Source of the DNA: Rhynchopus sp. YZ270_cl-10
Lineage: Eukaryota
Assembly (NCBI GenBank): GCA_964035575.1
Contig: OZ037834.1
Span: 1,302,001-1,366,000 of the forward strand
DNA length: 64,000 nucleotides
Direction of reading: 5' to 3'
Shown here: piece after piece, positions 1 to 10,895 of the stretch
How positions within the stretch are numbered: the stretch's first letter is position 1
Layout: each line of letters starts with the position of its first letter
Translations under genes and position numbers: made by a program
Notes under the pieces: model-generated
What the model was told of the DNA's origin: nothing
What the model saw: the letters and a program-made list of their open reading frames with translations, nothing else
Database searches by the model: none

Positions 1-346
1 GTGGTATTTAAACTCCCCCCCAACCTAACTAAACTCCATCAAAAAAAAATTCAGGCAAAAATTTAAAAAAAAAAAATCAGGTGGACACAGCCAAACACTA
101 GAAGGGGTTTTATTTGAGAAAAGAGAAAAATCTTGTAAGTTGAAACCTAAGCCTCGCTTAGTCACCTCATGAATGAATGTGCAAAAGCACAGCGGACGAT
201 GGAAGGGGATGGAGTGGATAAGGCGTGGGGGGAGGGGGATGGGGGGATAAAAAAACAACAAAAAACAACAAGGCAAAAAAAAAAAAAAGAAAATAACCTC
301 CAAGAAAACAATATGGTTCCCTTTTTAAAAGGGGAAAAAAAATTTT

Positions 347-658
347 TTAGACATTCAGTTCGTCGACGTTCAGCTTCTCGTCATTCTCTTCGTCTAGGTG
401 GGTTTCAGCGAGGGGTTCCATGAGGGATGAGTTATCAATGGTACGCCCTGCGGCCATGCGACGTGAAACCTTCAGCACCACAAACGCGAGAAGAACAAAC
501 AGCGACATGCCTGTCACACCGATCACCAGAACACCAATGGTGGTTCCATCCGTATCGTTGCCGTCGGCGCCGTTCGTTCCTGGCGGGGCAAACGGCGGGG
601 GGGTCGGCGGCGGGGTTGGTGGGGGTGTCGGGATTCCACCGCCTCCTCCCCAAGACAT
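347..658 (-). CDS. Small single-pass membrane protein with Pro-rich N-terminus (~103 aa)
   Basis: From ATG at 658: MSWGGGGGIPTPPPTPPPTPPP, a hydrophobic segment IGVLVIGVTGMSLFVLLAFVVL followed by basic KVSRR, then an acidic tail. The ATG follows a C-rich tract ending ctcttag. Confidence 0.65.
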   Translation of the reverse strand: MSWGGGGGIPTPPPTPPPTPPPFAPPGTNGADGNDTDGTTIGVLVIGVTGMSLFVLLAFVVLKVSRRMAAGRTIDNSSLMEPLAETHLDEENDEKLNVDELNV

Positions 659-846
659 AGCTAAGAGTGGGTGTGGGGGGGGGGGTGTTTTTGAAGAAAA
701 GAAAGAGTGAAAGTGGAAAAAGGCAAAAGGCAAAAAGGCGGAGTTGGTTTGAGAGTAGAGGGGGGGTTTGTGTTGGACAAAAAAAGGTCTGGATTTGGTG
801 ATGTGGTTGAAATATAAAGTAATAATTAAAATTTGACTTGAAATAC

Positions 847-1002
847 TGGTGTGGCTGAATGGGGGGGTGCTATTTTTGTGCTACTTTCTGCTATTTTCTG
901 CTATTCTGGGCATCTGGGTTTTTTGGTGCGGCTGAAGGGAGGTGCTATTTTGTGCTTTTTTTTTTGCTACTTTCTGCTATTTTGGGGTCGTCAGCCACAC
1001 CA
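847..1002. mobile_element. TGG...CCA MITE with 5-bp TSD (aatac)
   Basis: Perfect 12-bp TIR tggtgtggctga/tcagccacacca; aatac at 842-846 and 1003-1007; internal partial duplication. It interrupts a family-D repeat, and a shorter relative lies at 61665-61720. Confidence 0.75.
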
Positions 1003-1098
1003 AATACAAAAAAACGCCCTCTGCACCTTGGCGTACGAGGTACATCTTGAAATGGACCCTCAACCTCCTACAATCGAGTTCGAGGTTAACATCTGAGC

Positions 1099-1152
1099 CC
1101 CTAGGCATACCCCGAAGGCGAATATGAATTCGCTTTCGCGGTATGCCTAGGG
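1099..1152. repeat. Near-perfect 25-bp-stem hairpin
   Basis: ccctaggcataccccgaaggcgaat-atga-attcgctttcgcggtatgcctaggg; one mismatch and one G-T pair. Confidence 0.8.
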
Positions 1153-1239
1153 TCGTGAGAATGGGGGGAGAAAATCGGGAAGGGTAGTGGTTTATCCTTT
1201 TTTTTTGTTTTGTTTTTTTTTGAAAAACTTGGTCGTATT

Positions 1240-1959
1240 CAGGGTTTCCGCGTTCTTCCGGTGTTTTCGAAGGGGGCGGACGAGTTTTTTTTTCCCCCCA
1301 AAAAAAAATTTTTTACTAGTGCTTAACACAATACAGGTCGAGCCCGGCGCGCTTCGCGCGCCGGGTCGGGGACCTCCGGCGGAGTTGTCTCGCCTCACGG
1401 TCTTTCGTGAGACACAACGGGTGAGAAACTCACATTACGAGCTAGTCCCGGTCGGGAGCTTCAAGCTCCGGAGCTTGGCCTGCTCCAGGCAGACCTGCCC
1501 ACTCCACGCGCTGTAATCGAAGCGCTTCTTAGGAGTAGGGGGGGGCGCTCATACTGCCAAATAGCGTCATCTGGCGGAGTCCTTTCTTTGCGGAAGGCTT
1601 TTTAGCCGGCATGGTTGAAAAGTTAAATATAAATTTCTGTTTGGTGATTTCAGTAGGGAGTGGGGTAGGTGGGGGACAGGGGATGCCAGGGGAATGATAG
1701 AGGGGGATACCATAAGTGCGGCCGCAGATCTGCGCGACGCCAAAGAGGGGAGGCCTTTATTTTTCTATACGGGGTGGGGTGCGTCCCCTGCGGGGCCGCA
1801 CCCCACCTCGTCCACTTTACAATGTACCCCGGGCCCTCTCCCCACCCATTTTTCCCACTCCCCGGATGAACTTCGTCCGGACGAACTTCGTCCGGCAGTT
1901 TTTTTTTTTTTTTTTCTACCGGACGAACTTCGTCCGATTTTTGGGTCGCGGAAACACTG
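1240..1959. mobile_element. hAT-like non-autonomous element (720 bp), 8-bp TSD gtcgtatt
   Basis: TIR cagggtttccgcg / cgcggaaacactg (12/13 match); TSD at 1232-1239 and 1960-1967; subterminal ggacgaacttcgtcc palindromes. Removing it restores a family-B repeat that matches 60970-61017. Confidence 0.85.
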
Positions 1960-2240
1960 GTCGTATTAGTGTAGCCACCCTAGAGTGTGCTCCACTATTG
2001 CCTTTTTTTGCTTTGTTTATTAGTAGGTGACTGCAGCGTTGAAAAGAGAACATCTCGTGTGTCTTGTGAGACAACACGGTTGTGTAGTGGAGTGGTGCCA
2101 TAGGATAGGGTAATAAGCTTTTGCCTGTTATTTTATCATTTCTGTCACATTTCTTTTTATCCTCCAAATAGGACAAAATAGAGACAGACTTCTTGGGGGG
2201 TAAGAAAGAGAAATAAAGGGATTTTTGAGAAGACGGGTGT

Positions 2241-2425
2241 TGGTGCTTTTCGGGAGGAGTTTCACAACTCTTCACACCCACATAAGTCAAGCAAAGTGTA
2301 AAAAGTTGTGAACAGGATTGAAATTTTTGTGAAACCCCCCTTTTTCACAACTTTTTCACACTTTACTTGACTTATGAGGGTGTAAAAAGTTGTGAAATGT
2401 TGTGAAAACCCCCCGTATAGCACCA
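2241..2425. mobile_element. TGG...CCA foldback MITE with 5-bp TSD (ggtgt)
   Basis: Termini tggtgct.../...agcacca; long internal inverted repeats built from ttcacaac/gttgtgaa motifs; ggtgt at 2236-2240 and 2426-2430. Confidence 0.75.
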
Positions 2426-3325
2426 GGTGTGGATATATTATGCGTATCTGAAAAAAGAGGGGTTATTGATGCAGGCAATACACCTTCGTTGAGCCACTGT
2501 ACGATGCCAGCCTCAGATGAAAAACACACAAAACAAAAATTAGTTCCATCTGCTTTCCAAAGAAGAGAAAGCAACAAGAACATTCCAAACAGATAACACA
2601 CACAAAGGGGAGGGAAGTATAGTGGCTGTATTGTGATAATTGCCACATCACAATACATAATACACATCACAATACAGCTGTATTGTGTATATTATGCATT
2701 AGGATGGGCAATTATCACAATACAGTATCCACTAGGGAAATAGTGAGAGCAAACATTGGGGGTTTTTTCGCAAAAAAAAAAAAAAAGAAAAAAAAAGAAA
2801 TCGGGGTAAAATATCGAAGGAAAGAAAACCAGAATGAAACCCATAGATACTGGCCACGTAACGAAATTAGCTTTTTTTTTGAAAAAGAAAAAAAAAATCA
2901 TCCCAGAACATACTTTTTCTAATTCATGAGAGAGGTATTTTGTTGTATCGACGAAAAACAAAAATCAAAATCACCCTACCAAAGGAGGTGGGTTTCTGCA
3001 AACGACGGGGGTGGAGGGTGAGGGATGAGGGGGTAAAATATGCATCACACACGTTACGATTAAACAAAGACCACAACCATTAGTATTCTTTTAGGTAGGG
3101 CGTGCCCCATAGGTCACGGAAATTGTGGTTTTTTGCCCATACTTTTTCATACCATGTGCACAGTTCTGCATCCGCTCCCCCCTTCCTTTCGTGGTAAGGT
3201 TCTGAACATAGTGTAACAAAAACCTATCAACGACACCTACTGTCAGCATTTCTTTCAAACAGCCAACGGCAAAAAGATTACTTCGGCACAGTAAAGCGCC
3301 AAATGAAACGCACAAAAAAAAAGTA

Positions 3326-3372
3326 GACTTGAAATACAAAGCCCTCTCGTGGCAGTGTACCTTGGTATGACC
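3326..3372 (+). repeat. Dispersed short repeat family D (representative copy)
   Basis: gacttgaaatacaaagccctctcgtggcagtgtaccttgg; other copies near 836-1031 (split by a MITE), 39142, 46720 and 55417, all in the same orientation. Confidence 0.7.
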
Positions 3373-3500
3373 GGCTGTACCGAGGGTGGACACCCCAGCC
3401 ATGCAGTCCTAAAAAATGCAGCAACAACCGACTCAGTGTACGATGCCAGCCATCCGGATGAAATCACAAATAAACAACGATGAGAAATATGCCTAAAGAA

Positions 3501-4509
3501 CAGGGGTGGGCGGGCACCCTGGGGTTTTTTCCATTTTTTTGGATCGGGCACCCGGGTTTTTTCTAAGGATTTTTACAGGCAATTTTTGGATTTTTCTGAG
3601 AGCACGCTGCCCCCCTGCCGAAATATGTTCTCGGTTTTCCCTTTTCGGGGGGGTTTTTTTGGCCTTTTTCGGGTTTTCCGAGCTTTTACCCTCACTGTCA
3701 CGGGGTCATTTTGAAAAAATGGGCAAGTTCTTGGCTGATACACGTTTTGGTCATTACCACCAGCGAGTCGCTTAGCGGGGTTAAATTGAACTATGATTCT
3801 GGACCCACTGTAACGTGAACCGCCCCCTCGAAATTCAAGAAGGGGTCCTAAACCCGGGCGCGCTACGCGCTACGTGCACCCCGAATGTTCGGGAGGAATA
3901 TAAAACGGCGCCGCAGGCGAAAAAAGAAATAGGGTACAGTATAAAAAATGCAGCTTTACACCACAAAGCCACTCAGCGAATCCTTTTTTGCAGAGCAAAA
4001 AAGGGAAAATGGCGCCGCAGGCAAATTTTTTTATAAGGTGCAGCCCTGGGCGGCGCGGAATTATTTTCTTTTTCGTTCCTCAGTGCCGTCAGGGCCTGCC
4101 CAAGTGCGCCAACGCAATGCACTTTGCTACCACCGTGGTGGCGAGCACTTGCAGCACTGCAAGAAGCAAGGTTCCCTCGACGTTTGCAGTCACACGCACC
4201 ATACTGTATTATTATTTATTCTGTTGTGCGGGAGGTGAAAGGGACGAGACCGAAGGAAGCGGGGTGGAGACTTTTTTTGTTCATTATGGCTTGGTACCGC
4301 ACTCCCCGGGCAGAGTGCGAGTTATTCTCAGCCACACGAGGCCCGGCCCGACCCCCCAGACTTTTTCCCCTAAGAAAAACCCTTAGAAAAATAAATTTTC
4401 CCCGTATAAAATCCTTAGAAAAAATAATTTTCCCCCCGTGTAAAATCCTTAGAAAAAATAAAATAAAATCAAAATCGGGCCCCGGGCACCCACTTTAGGC
4501 CCAGGCCTG
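3501..4509. mobile_element. hAT-like non-autonomous element (1009 bp), 8-bp TSD ctaaagaa
   Basis: Imperfect TIR caggggtgggc / gcccaggcctg (9/11); TSD at 3493-3500 and 4510-4517; subterminal cgggcaccc and aaatccttagaaaaa/tttttctaaggattt repeats. Confidence 0.8.
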
Positions 4510-5431
4510 CTAAAGAAGAAGATTTTTTTTTTTTGAAGATGAAACCTGCCTCTCATTTTGCTTAGGTCAAAGAAAAGTTATACTTCCTGTATCACACTTC
4601 ACGTCTGAGGGGGGATAAACATGTGAAGTTGATAGTACAAAAGAGAGAGAAAAGAAAGGTTTATAAGATGACCCTAAGCCTCTCGTGTTGCTTAGTCACC
4701 TTAAAAAGCGCCCCTAAGGCGGGTATTTGCTAAATAAGATGGGAAGCTCTCTCTGGGTGCAGTTACTGACTAAAAAAGGGAGGACTGGGGGTGGTCATAT
4801 CCATTCGAGAAGATGCGGCGGAAAGTCCAATTATTAGGTATTTTTTCCTGGTCACGTTTGTCCATCATGTGGCTCTCTGACCGTTTGAGCCGCACCGTCA
4901 GAGCAACTTACAATGCCCATTAGAAACACTCGGTGTTTCTCCAGCATCATGCCACAGTCAGAACACTGCAAAACAAAGAGAAGGGTTGCTCAGCTGAACC
5001 CTAAGCGAGACCTCTCTTCGGCGTGATGTGAACAACACACCCTAAAGAACAGAACGAAAACAATAAAAAGGTGTACTGAAGAAAACACAAAATAAAGAAA
5101 AATCTTGCTGAATGTACCTCGTAAAAGAGAAACAGATGTAAAGATGATCTCAAGCCTCGCATAGTGCTTGGTTATCTTCTAAAAAAAAACGACATTTTGG
5201 GAAAATGGAGCAAGCAGCTGGTGCTTATGTATTACATGGGAACACAACCTCTTTAGGGTCGGCAGGGGTATGGGTGGATGGAAACCAAAAGGGGATGGTA
5301 AAGTGAAGGCGACTTGAAATACGTCACGGATGAGCTGCACGGAGGCAGGGGAACGAGAAGAACAAAAAAAAAGGGGGGGTGATAATCCTCAGCGTGTGGG
5401 ATTCTCTCTTCAGACGTGGAGGGGGGGGTGT

Positions 5432-8400
5432 TTAGACGGCAGCGGGCTGTGCAGGTGTTGCGTCCATCTCAGCCTCGTTGTTGGCATCAGGCGAATGCGG
5501 GGTGTTGTCGACAGTCTTTGTGGGGGGGTCCTTCTTCCGCATGCAGACACACACAACAACGACGGCAACAATGATGATGAACACAACAGAGCACACAACA
5601 ATGGCCGCAATCACGCCAGCACCCAAACCGCTGTCACCGTCCGATTCGGAGCAGACGCCGTTGGCAAGGGTGTGCCCGCTGTGGCACGCCACGGCGACGC
5701 ACGTCCCCGTCGCGTCGATGCGCGCAACGGAGGCACCCCCCGCCGTGCACAGCTCTGCGCTCGTCAGTGTGCTGCTCGTAGGGCTCCCGACAGTGTCGCG
5801 CATGCCTGCGAAGCGGCTGTCCGACGCCTGCTTGTCCGCCACAGCCTGCGCAAGGTCTGCAGACGCCATCGTCACTGCCGACACACCCTCCAGCATCCCC
5901 GACACCGCTGCCGACCCACACACAAGCGAGAGACTCAGAACACGCCCGCCCAACACCTCCACAATCACCTCCCGCACCAGCTCCACGAAGGCTGGTGTGA
6001 AGCGCGTGCAGTCCACCTCCCAAACGAGCGACACCAGCGGCGTCACTGTTGGAACCTCTGTGCCTGCAGTGCACACCTTGGCAGCTCCCGACGCTGCAAA
6101 GCCGTCACCACAGCTGCACTCCCCTGTGGTGGTGCAGCGTGCGTTTGTGTCGCCGTGTGCTGTGCAGACGGTGTTCTCCTCACACCACGACACCGACGGC
6201 TTGCGTGGCGGGGTCGGCGTGCCGGGTGTGCTCGTCGACGGAACACCTGGCTCGGATGTTGCGGGCACATCAGTTGCTGGCACAGATGGGGGGAAGGTGT
6301 CGGGTGTGCTTGTAGGCTGTGCACCTGGCTTGGCTGTTGCGGGCACGTCAGTTCTTGGCACGGATGGGGGGAACGTGCGGGGGGCTGGTGTTGGCGGCGC
6401 TGGGGTTTCAGGGATATTCGGGATGCCCGTTGGCGGTGCACGTGTAGACGTGCCTGGGCACGGGACGTCGTACACGGGGAGGCTCTGTGTGGGCTTCACC
6501 TTGCAGAAACCTTTCGAGTCTGCGTCACAGCTTGCGACAACCTTGATGCTGTACGGGCCGTATCTGTCGTAGACCCAGGCACCGCCACGCTCAAAGCGCG
6601 TCTCGTCGCTGTACTTGTCTGGGAGTGTTGGGCGCAGGATGAGGTGCGTTCCGTCGAAGTAGTACTTCCCTACGGGGTTCGCGACGACGTCTGCCACCGA
6701 CGCTGCCAAGGTGAAGGGCTCGATGTTCAGCTTTGAATCCCACTCATGCTCTGCTGTCACCGTGAACGTCGTCCCCGAGGGGTAGCTTGTTGCAAAGCGC
6801 AGTGTGGAGGAGCGCGACACCTGCTCGGGGTAGAGGGTGAACATCTTCGGGGCCCCTCCATCAAGCCACATGTACCACCCCGTTCCGGTCACCCCCGTAA
6901 TGCCTGCGTTCTGTGTGATCTCCGCCTTTCTGGTGCGCGTATCCCCCGCACCTTGCTTCCACAGCGCAATGTACCCGACGTTGCAGTTGCTCCAGTCCTG
7001 CGTAGAGGTGTCCTTTGCCTGGCACACACCACTCTTGCCGATGCCTCCATTGCCAGGGGTGATGTCCGGTGTCAACACCTTGATGTGTGCAACCTCGCGC
7101 TCTTCAATGCCCGCAGGCTTCTTCGGACACAGCCATGTCTGCCACGCAGACTCGTACCTGCAGTCGTGGCACACATTCCACCAGTCTTTGTTCGACCCAA
7201 CTATCGTCGGATAACCCTCAAGCGTCGCACTCCCATCGAAATCAATAAAGTTAAAAAACCTCGACGCGCCTGTCTCCACGATCTTAAGGGAGACAAGCAG
7301 ATCCCTGTCGACGTTTGTGTACTTAATGTTGTTGACTGCACTGATCTGCTGTGGCTTGAACTCATCTGAGTGGTACAGACCTGACCAGATGATGTTGAAG
7401 TGGGGGCCTGGGTTTGTTGCAGCACACTTCTCGTCATCATGTGGCCAGTCTGTGCTGCCTACGGTGACGGAGTTACGGCAGGTTGCCTTCTGGTAGTTGC
7501 GGAACTCCACACCGGTGACAACGGATTTGACACTGATGTCGTAGAACTGAAAGCCGTCGTGGTGTTTGTCGGCAAAGCCTGCCTCGGTGTTGCCGCTGGC
7601 ACCGTTGACGATGCCGTTGCCAAGCCAGGCCTCGCCAAAGAGGGTCACAGAGCGGCCCACGTCGTGGAACTCAAACCCATCGATGTCCACACGGCTGCCC
7701 CAATGCAAAATGCCCTTCTTGCTCGCATACACCAAGGTGTTGTTGAACTGCATCCAGAGTGGCGTCCCCTTCCACGCTGCAATACCCGGCACGGTCTCGA
7801 GACGTGTGTTCCGTGCCTCGCGTCCGCTCTGCCATTCCAGAATCGTCTTCGCGGAGTCTTTGTACTTCAGGACACCTCCCACATAGACTGCCCCTGTCGC
7901 ACCCCAGTACCAACCCGTGGAGTGTGCGGTGTTGCCGCGGAATTCTTTGGTAGGGCGGGCACGTGGTTCGAAGTTGTCGTCTTTGTGGTCGCCGATGGGG
8001 AGGGGGAACCCAGGGAAGCCGAAGCCGGTCCACCCACCGGAGGCGATGTTGCCGATGATAGAGTTGTAGGCGTTAGAGAAGTAGAAGCCAGAGGCAGAGG
8101 CGTCTGCAGGCTGCAGGCGCTTGCCAGAGAGCAGGCCGCCAGGGTTCGAGTCCTGTGTCACCTTCTCGCCACCTTGCGAGCTTCCCGAAGCTGCCTTGCC
8201 AATGGTCTTGACATACGCCGCCATGTTGTAGCTAAAGGTGTTGTTCTCCTCAACACCGTCCTCCACATAGTAGCAGCTGCCGGTAGCATTGAAGGCGACG
8301 TTCTCTGTGATAACTGCGTCGTGTGTGCCGTGTACAGTGAAGCACCTGAAGTATGTGTCGCGTGCCACGTTGTCAGAGAAGTACGACCCACTCCCGCCCC

Positions 8401-9949
8401 CGATAAGATGGAAGTGGAATGGATACCGGGCCATGATGTTCGTCTGCCCCATGTAGCGTGAAGCCACCCCAGAGACGCGGCCACGCTTCCCAGCAACCAC
8501 AAGGTGTCCGCCGTAGCCGTCTGCGTCGGGCTCCCCCTCCAGCATCACGTGGCGGCTCAGAAGCGCCACCTCGCCTTGGTACTCTGTCCCTGCGTAGTGG
8601 CTGTGCTGTAGCTCGGAGGTGAACTGCACAACACGGCCACCGTCGCCAACAGCCTTCACTGTCATCACCTCGTTCTGGTTTGGTGTGTCGATGTCCGTGT
8701 CGTCGGGGATCGTGGTCAACACCACCACCTCCTGCCCAACGTACCAGTTCACCGCCTCCTGCAGGTACACGCGGTCGTCACCACCACGTGCCTTGCGCGC
8801 AAGACGCGTCCACGTGGGTGCAAACCTGCGACCAAAGATGTCAGCCTCCCCAGTGCCCACCACCGCCAGCCCCTTCGACCCGTACCCGTTCAGGTGTGTT
8901 GCAGAGTCCCCCCGTGCACCCCAGAACACAATCTTGATCGGGCCCTCCATACGGCACGTCGGGCTCCCGATGCGCAGCTTCCCCGCCACCACAAGCGCAC
9001 GCACCACAAGCGTGATACCCGCATCACGGAAGACAAGCTCCGACGTCTCCGGCACAACAATCTTCTCATAACGCGCACCTCCCACAAACGAGCCTGCCCC
9101 TACCACCACCTTTGTGTTTGCAGGCAGCGTCAGGGTTCCTGATGCGTCCGAGAAGAGCGTGCTCCATTCGGTCAGGCCTTCTTCGTTGAAGGGACAGGCG
9201 GACTGCTCCGCCAGCTCCGCAGCGCTTGGGAGTGCGGGGCGCACAAACTCAAACTTCTCAGCATACCTCGACACGACTGCAGGACGGGGCAGCTCCACAG
9301 CCACCCTCTCCAGACAGAAGTTGCGCACACTGTACGCCGCCTTACTATCCCTAGGCTTGTCTGCCAGGACCATATGCACCCACAGCTTCTGCCTTGCGTC
9401 TGGCGTTGCTGCCGCGGCCGTCCACTCCACGGAGTACTTCGTAAACCCCCCTGCTGCCTCAGAGGCACTCATCGTGGTGTTCTTATCTCCCACAATATCC
9501 CATGGACGTTCCGCAGAATAGTCATTTGGCCATGTGTACGAATTTTCCCAGCGCGTTGCGTTCTCCTTCCACATAAAGAACGCAGGCGGCTTGGCAAAGG
9601 TCGGTGTAGATGCGCCTTCTTTGCCTGCTGAGAGCTTCACCTCGAAGGACATCCGGTAGGTCAACCCTTTGTGCATGGGGGGTACTGTCATGTTTGATTT
9701 GATGTGAATCCACCATGGGCCCCAATCCTTCACGGTAAATGTCGTAACACCGTTTGTTGTGTCCACAGCTCCGTTCTTCGCCGCCCAATCCGGTGAATAC
9801 GCCATGCCAATAACCTCCTGAGAGCAGGTCTGCTGCGCAGCAATCGCAACAGTGTTTGGGACGTCAGGGCTGGACGGCGTGGGGAACACATTCGCTCCCA
9901 TGCAAGCAACAACGGATAAGCACACCACCACATGGCGGATTACCCGCAT
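5432..9949 (-). CDS. G8-domain / right-handed beta-helix (CEMIP/TMEM2/fibrocystin-like) type-I membrane protein, ~1505 aa
   Basis: Intronless ORF with signal peptide MRVIRHVVVCLSVVACMG; G8-like segment (LVVAGKLRIGSPTCR..IKIVFWG..GSKGLAV); family motifs RYPFHFH, RCFTVHGTH and GSCYYVEDGVEENN; then a Pro/Thr linker, EGF-like Cys clusters and a C-terminal TM (GVIAAIVVCSVVFIIIVAVVVVCVCM-RKK). Confidence 0.88.
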   Translation of the reverse strand: MRVIRHVVVCLSVVACMGANVFPTPSSPDVPNTVAIAAQQTCSQEVIGMAYSPDWAAKNGAVDTTNGVTTFTVKDWGPWWIHIKSNMTVPPMHKGLTYRMSFEVKLSAGKEGASTPTFAKPPAFFMWKENATRWENSYTWPNDYSAERPWDIVGDKNTTMSASEAAGGFTKYSVEWTAAAATPDARQKLWVHMVLADKPRDSKAAYSVRNFCLERVAVELPRPAVVSRYAEKFEFVRPALPSAAELAEQSACPFNEEGLTEWSTLFSDASGTLTLPANTKVVVGAGSFVGGARYEKIVVPETSELVFRDAGITLVVRALVVAGKLRIGSPTCRMEGPIKIVFWGARGDSATHLNGYGSKGLAVVGTGEADIFGRRFAPTWTRLARKARGGDDRVYLQEAVNWYVGQEVVVLTTIPDDTDIDTPNQNEVMTVKAVGDGGRVVQFTSELQHSHYAGTEYQGEVALLSRHVMLEGEPDADGYGGHLVVAGKRGRVSGVASRYMGQTNIMARYPFHFHLIGGGSGSYFSDNVARDTYFRCFTVHGTHDAVITENVAFNATGSCYYVEDGVEENNTFSYNMAAYVKTIGKAASGSSQGGEKVTQDSNPGGLLSGKRLQPADASASGFYFSNAYNSIIGNIASGGWTGFGFPGFPLPIGDHKDDNFEPRARPTKEFRGNTAHSTGWYWGATGAVYVGGVLKYKDSAKTILEWQSGREARNTRLETVPGIAAWKGTPLWMQFNNTLVYASKKGILHWGSRVDIDGFEFHDVGRSVTLFGEAWLGNGIVNGASGNTEAGFADKHHDGFQFYDISVKSVVTGVEFRNYQKATCRNSVTVGSTDWPHDDEKCAATNPGPHFNIIWSGLYHSDEFKPQQISAVNNIKYTNVDRDLLVSLKIVETGASRFFNFIDFDGSATLEGYPTIVGSNKDWWNVCHDCRYESAWQTWLCPKKPAGIEEREVAHIKVLTPDITPGNGGIGKSGVCQAKDTSTQDWSNCNVGYIALWKQGAGDTRTRKAEITQNAGITGVTGTGWYMWLDGGAPKMFTLYPEQVSRSSTLRFATSYPSGTTFTVTAEHEWDSKLNIEPFTLAASVADVVANPVGKYYFDGTHLILRPTLPDKYSDETRFERGGAWVYDRYGPYSIKVVASCDADSKGFCKVKPTQSLPVYDVPCPGTSTRAPPTGIPNIPETPAPPTPAPRTFPPSVPRTDVPATAKPGAQPTSTPDTFPPSVPATDVPATSEPGVPSTSTPGTPTPPRKPSVSWCEENTVCTAHGDTNARCTTTGECSCGDGFAASGAAKVCTAGTEVPTVTPLVSLVWEVDCTRFTPAFVELVREVIVEVLGGRVLSLSLVCGSAAVSGMLEGVSAVTMASADLAQAVADKQASDSRFAGMRDTVGSPTSSTLTSAELCTAGGASVARIDATGTCVAVACHSGHTLANGVCSESDGDSGLGAGVIAAIVVCSVVFIIIVAVVVVCVCMRKKDPPTKTVDNTPHSPDANNEAEMDATPAQPAAV

Positions 9950-10668
9950 CTCTTCAGAGAGGTTTTTTTTATACTTTTTCTTTTGTATCTGTGAAATTTG
10001 AATGGTTTTGACAGTGAGGGGAAAATGAGGGGGGAGGAGGAGGAGGAGGAAGAGAGAAAAAGAAAATATCTCAATAAACAATGCATGCTTCTTTGTTTTT
10101 TGTTCGTATTGTTGGTTTTTTTTTTTTTAACCTCCCCTGCTTTTTTTATTACCCCTTCCCCCTCTCGTGGGAAAAAAAAAAGTTTCGTCAATTTTTTTTT
10201 CTGGTGTTCTTCAGATCGGAGAGGGAAGGGAACAACGTGCATTTTAAAAACTAAAAAGAATCTGCACTTTTTTTGTTTTCGTTTTTTTTTTTTTGTGTCG
10301 TTGTGAGAAGGAACCACGAGCAACATACCCAGCCCAACTCCCCAGAAAAAATAAAAAAAAATCAAACAAAAAAAGGGAACTTTCAGGGAAGGGCACAAAG
10401 GGGGGGGAGAAAAATGGGGTGAGCGGGCATGCAAAAAATAGAGAGAACTCGAGAGACGAAATGACCCCACACGGGGGAGAGGACACGAAACACATCTTTC
10501 AAGCAATCTAAAAAAAAAAGAAGTCATGCATCTTTTTTTCCGAAGTTGGGGGGGTGGGGGGAGAACGTTCCTGCATCCACCCCTTTGTTTTCTTATGCTG
10601 TTCAAATTAATGAGGGAAAACAGAACAAAAAAAGAAAGGGATGCATAAAATAAAAGAAAAGTTTACAA

Positions 10669-10699
10669 GATGATCCTAAGCCTCTCGTGCTTAGTCACC
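10669..10699. repeat. Dispersed hairpin family A (representative copy)
   Basis: gatgatcctaagcctctcgtgcttagtcacc; identical copy at 27251-27281; variants at about 139, 4667, 5143, 30644, 34534, 34718 and 47120. Confidence 0.85.
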
Positions 10700-10895
10700 T
10701 TATCATATTCGTTATCGCATAGCTTCAGCTGCGCTGGCCAAAAATAATACAGGGGCGAAAAAGTCAGGGTGTACCCAATTTTTTTCCCTCGAAGAGAAAA
10801 AAAAAAAAAGACGGAAGGCGTAGCTATTTTAGCGCGCAAACGCTATCGTAACACGTACATACAACACACCCCCTTTCCCTCTCGTAACACTGTTC

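Noticed and set aside
5330..9631. Long plus-strand ORFs (468, 364, 353 aa etc.) and similar ones opposite the array genes
   Set aside because: Antisense shadows of GC-rich real CDSs; no motifs.
9950..10081. N-terminal ORF extensions in the track (also 25341-25457, 38969-39073, 50594-50713, 54952-54996, 63621-63833)
   Set aside because: Mostly non-ATG starts running through pyrimidine tracts or spacer repeats; the downstream ATGs give proper signal or transit peptides and are conserved among the array paralogs.
10669..10699. Family A as a SECIS, SL-RNA or HDV ribozyme
   Set aside because: Too short, ATGA is on the antisense strand, no in-frame TGA in neighbouring genes, no SL exon sequence, and no room for HDV P2/P4.
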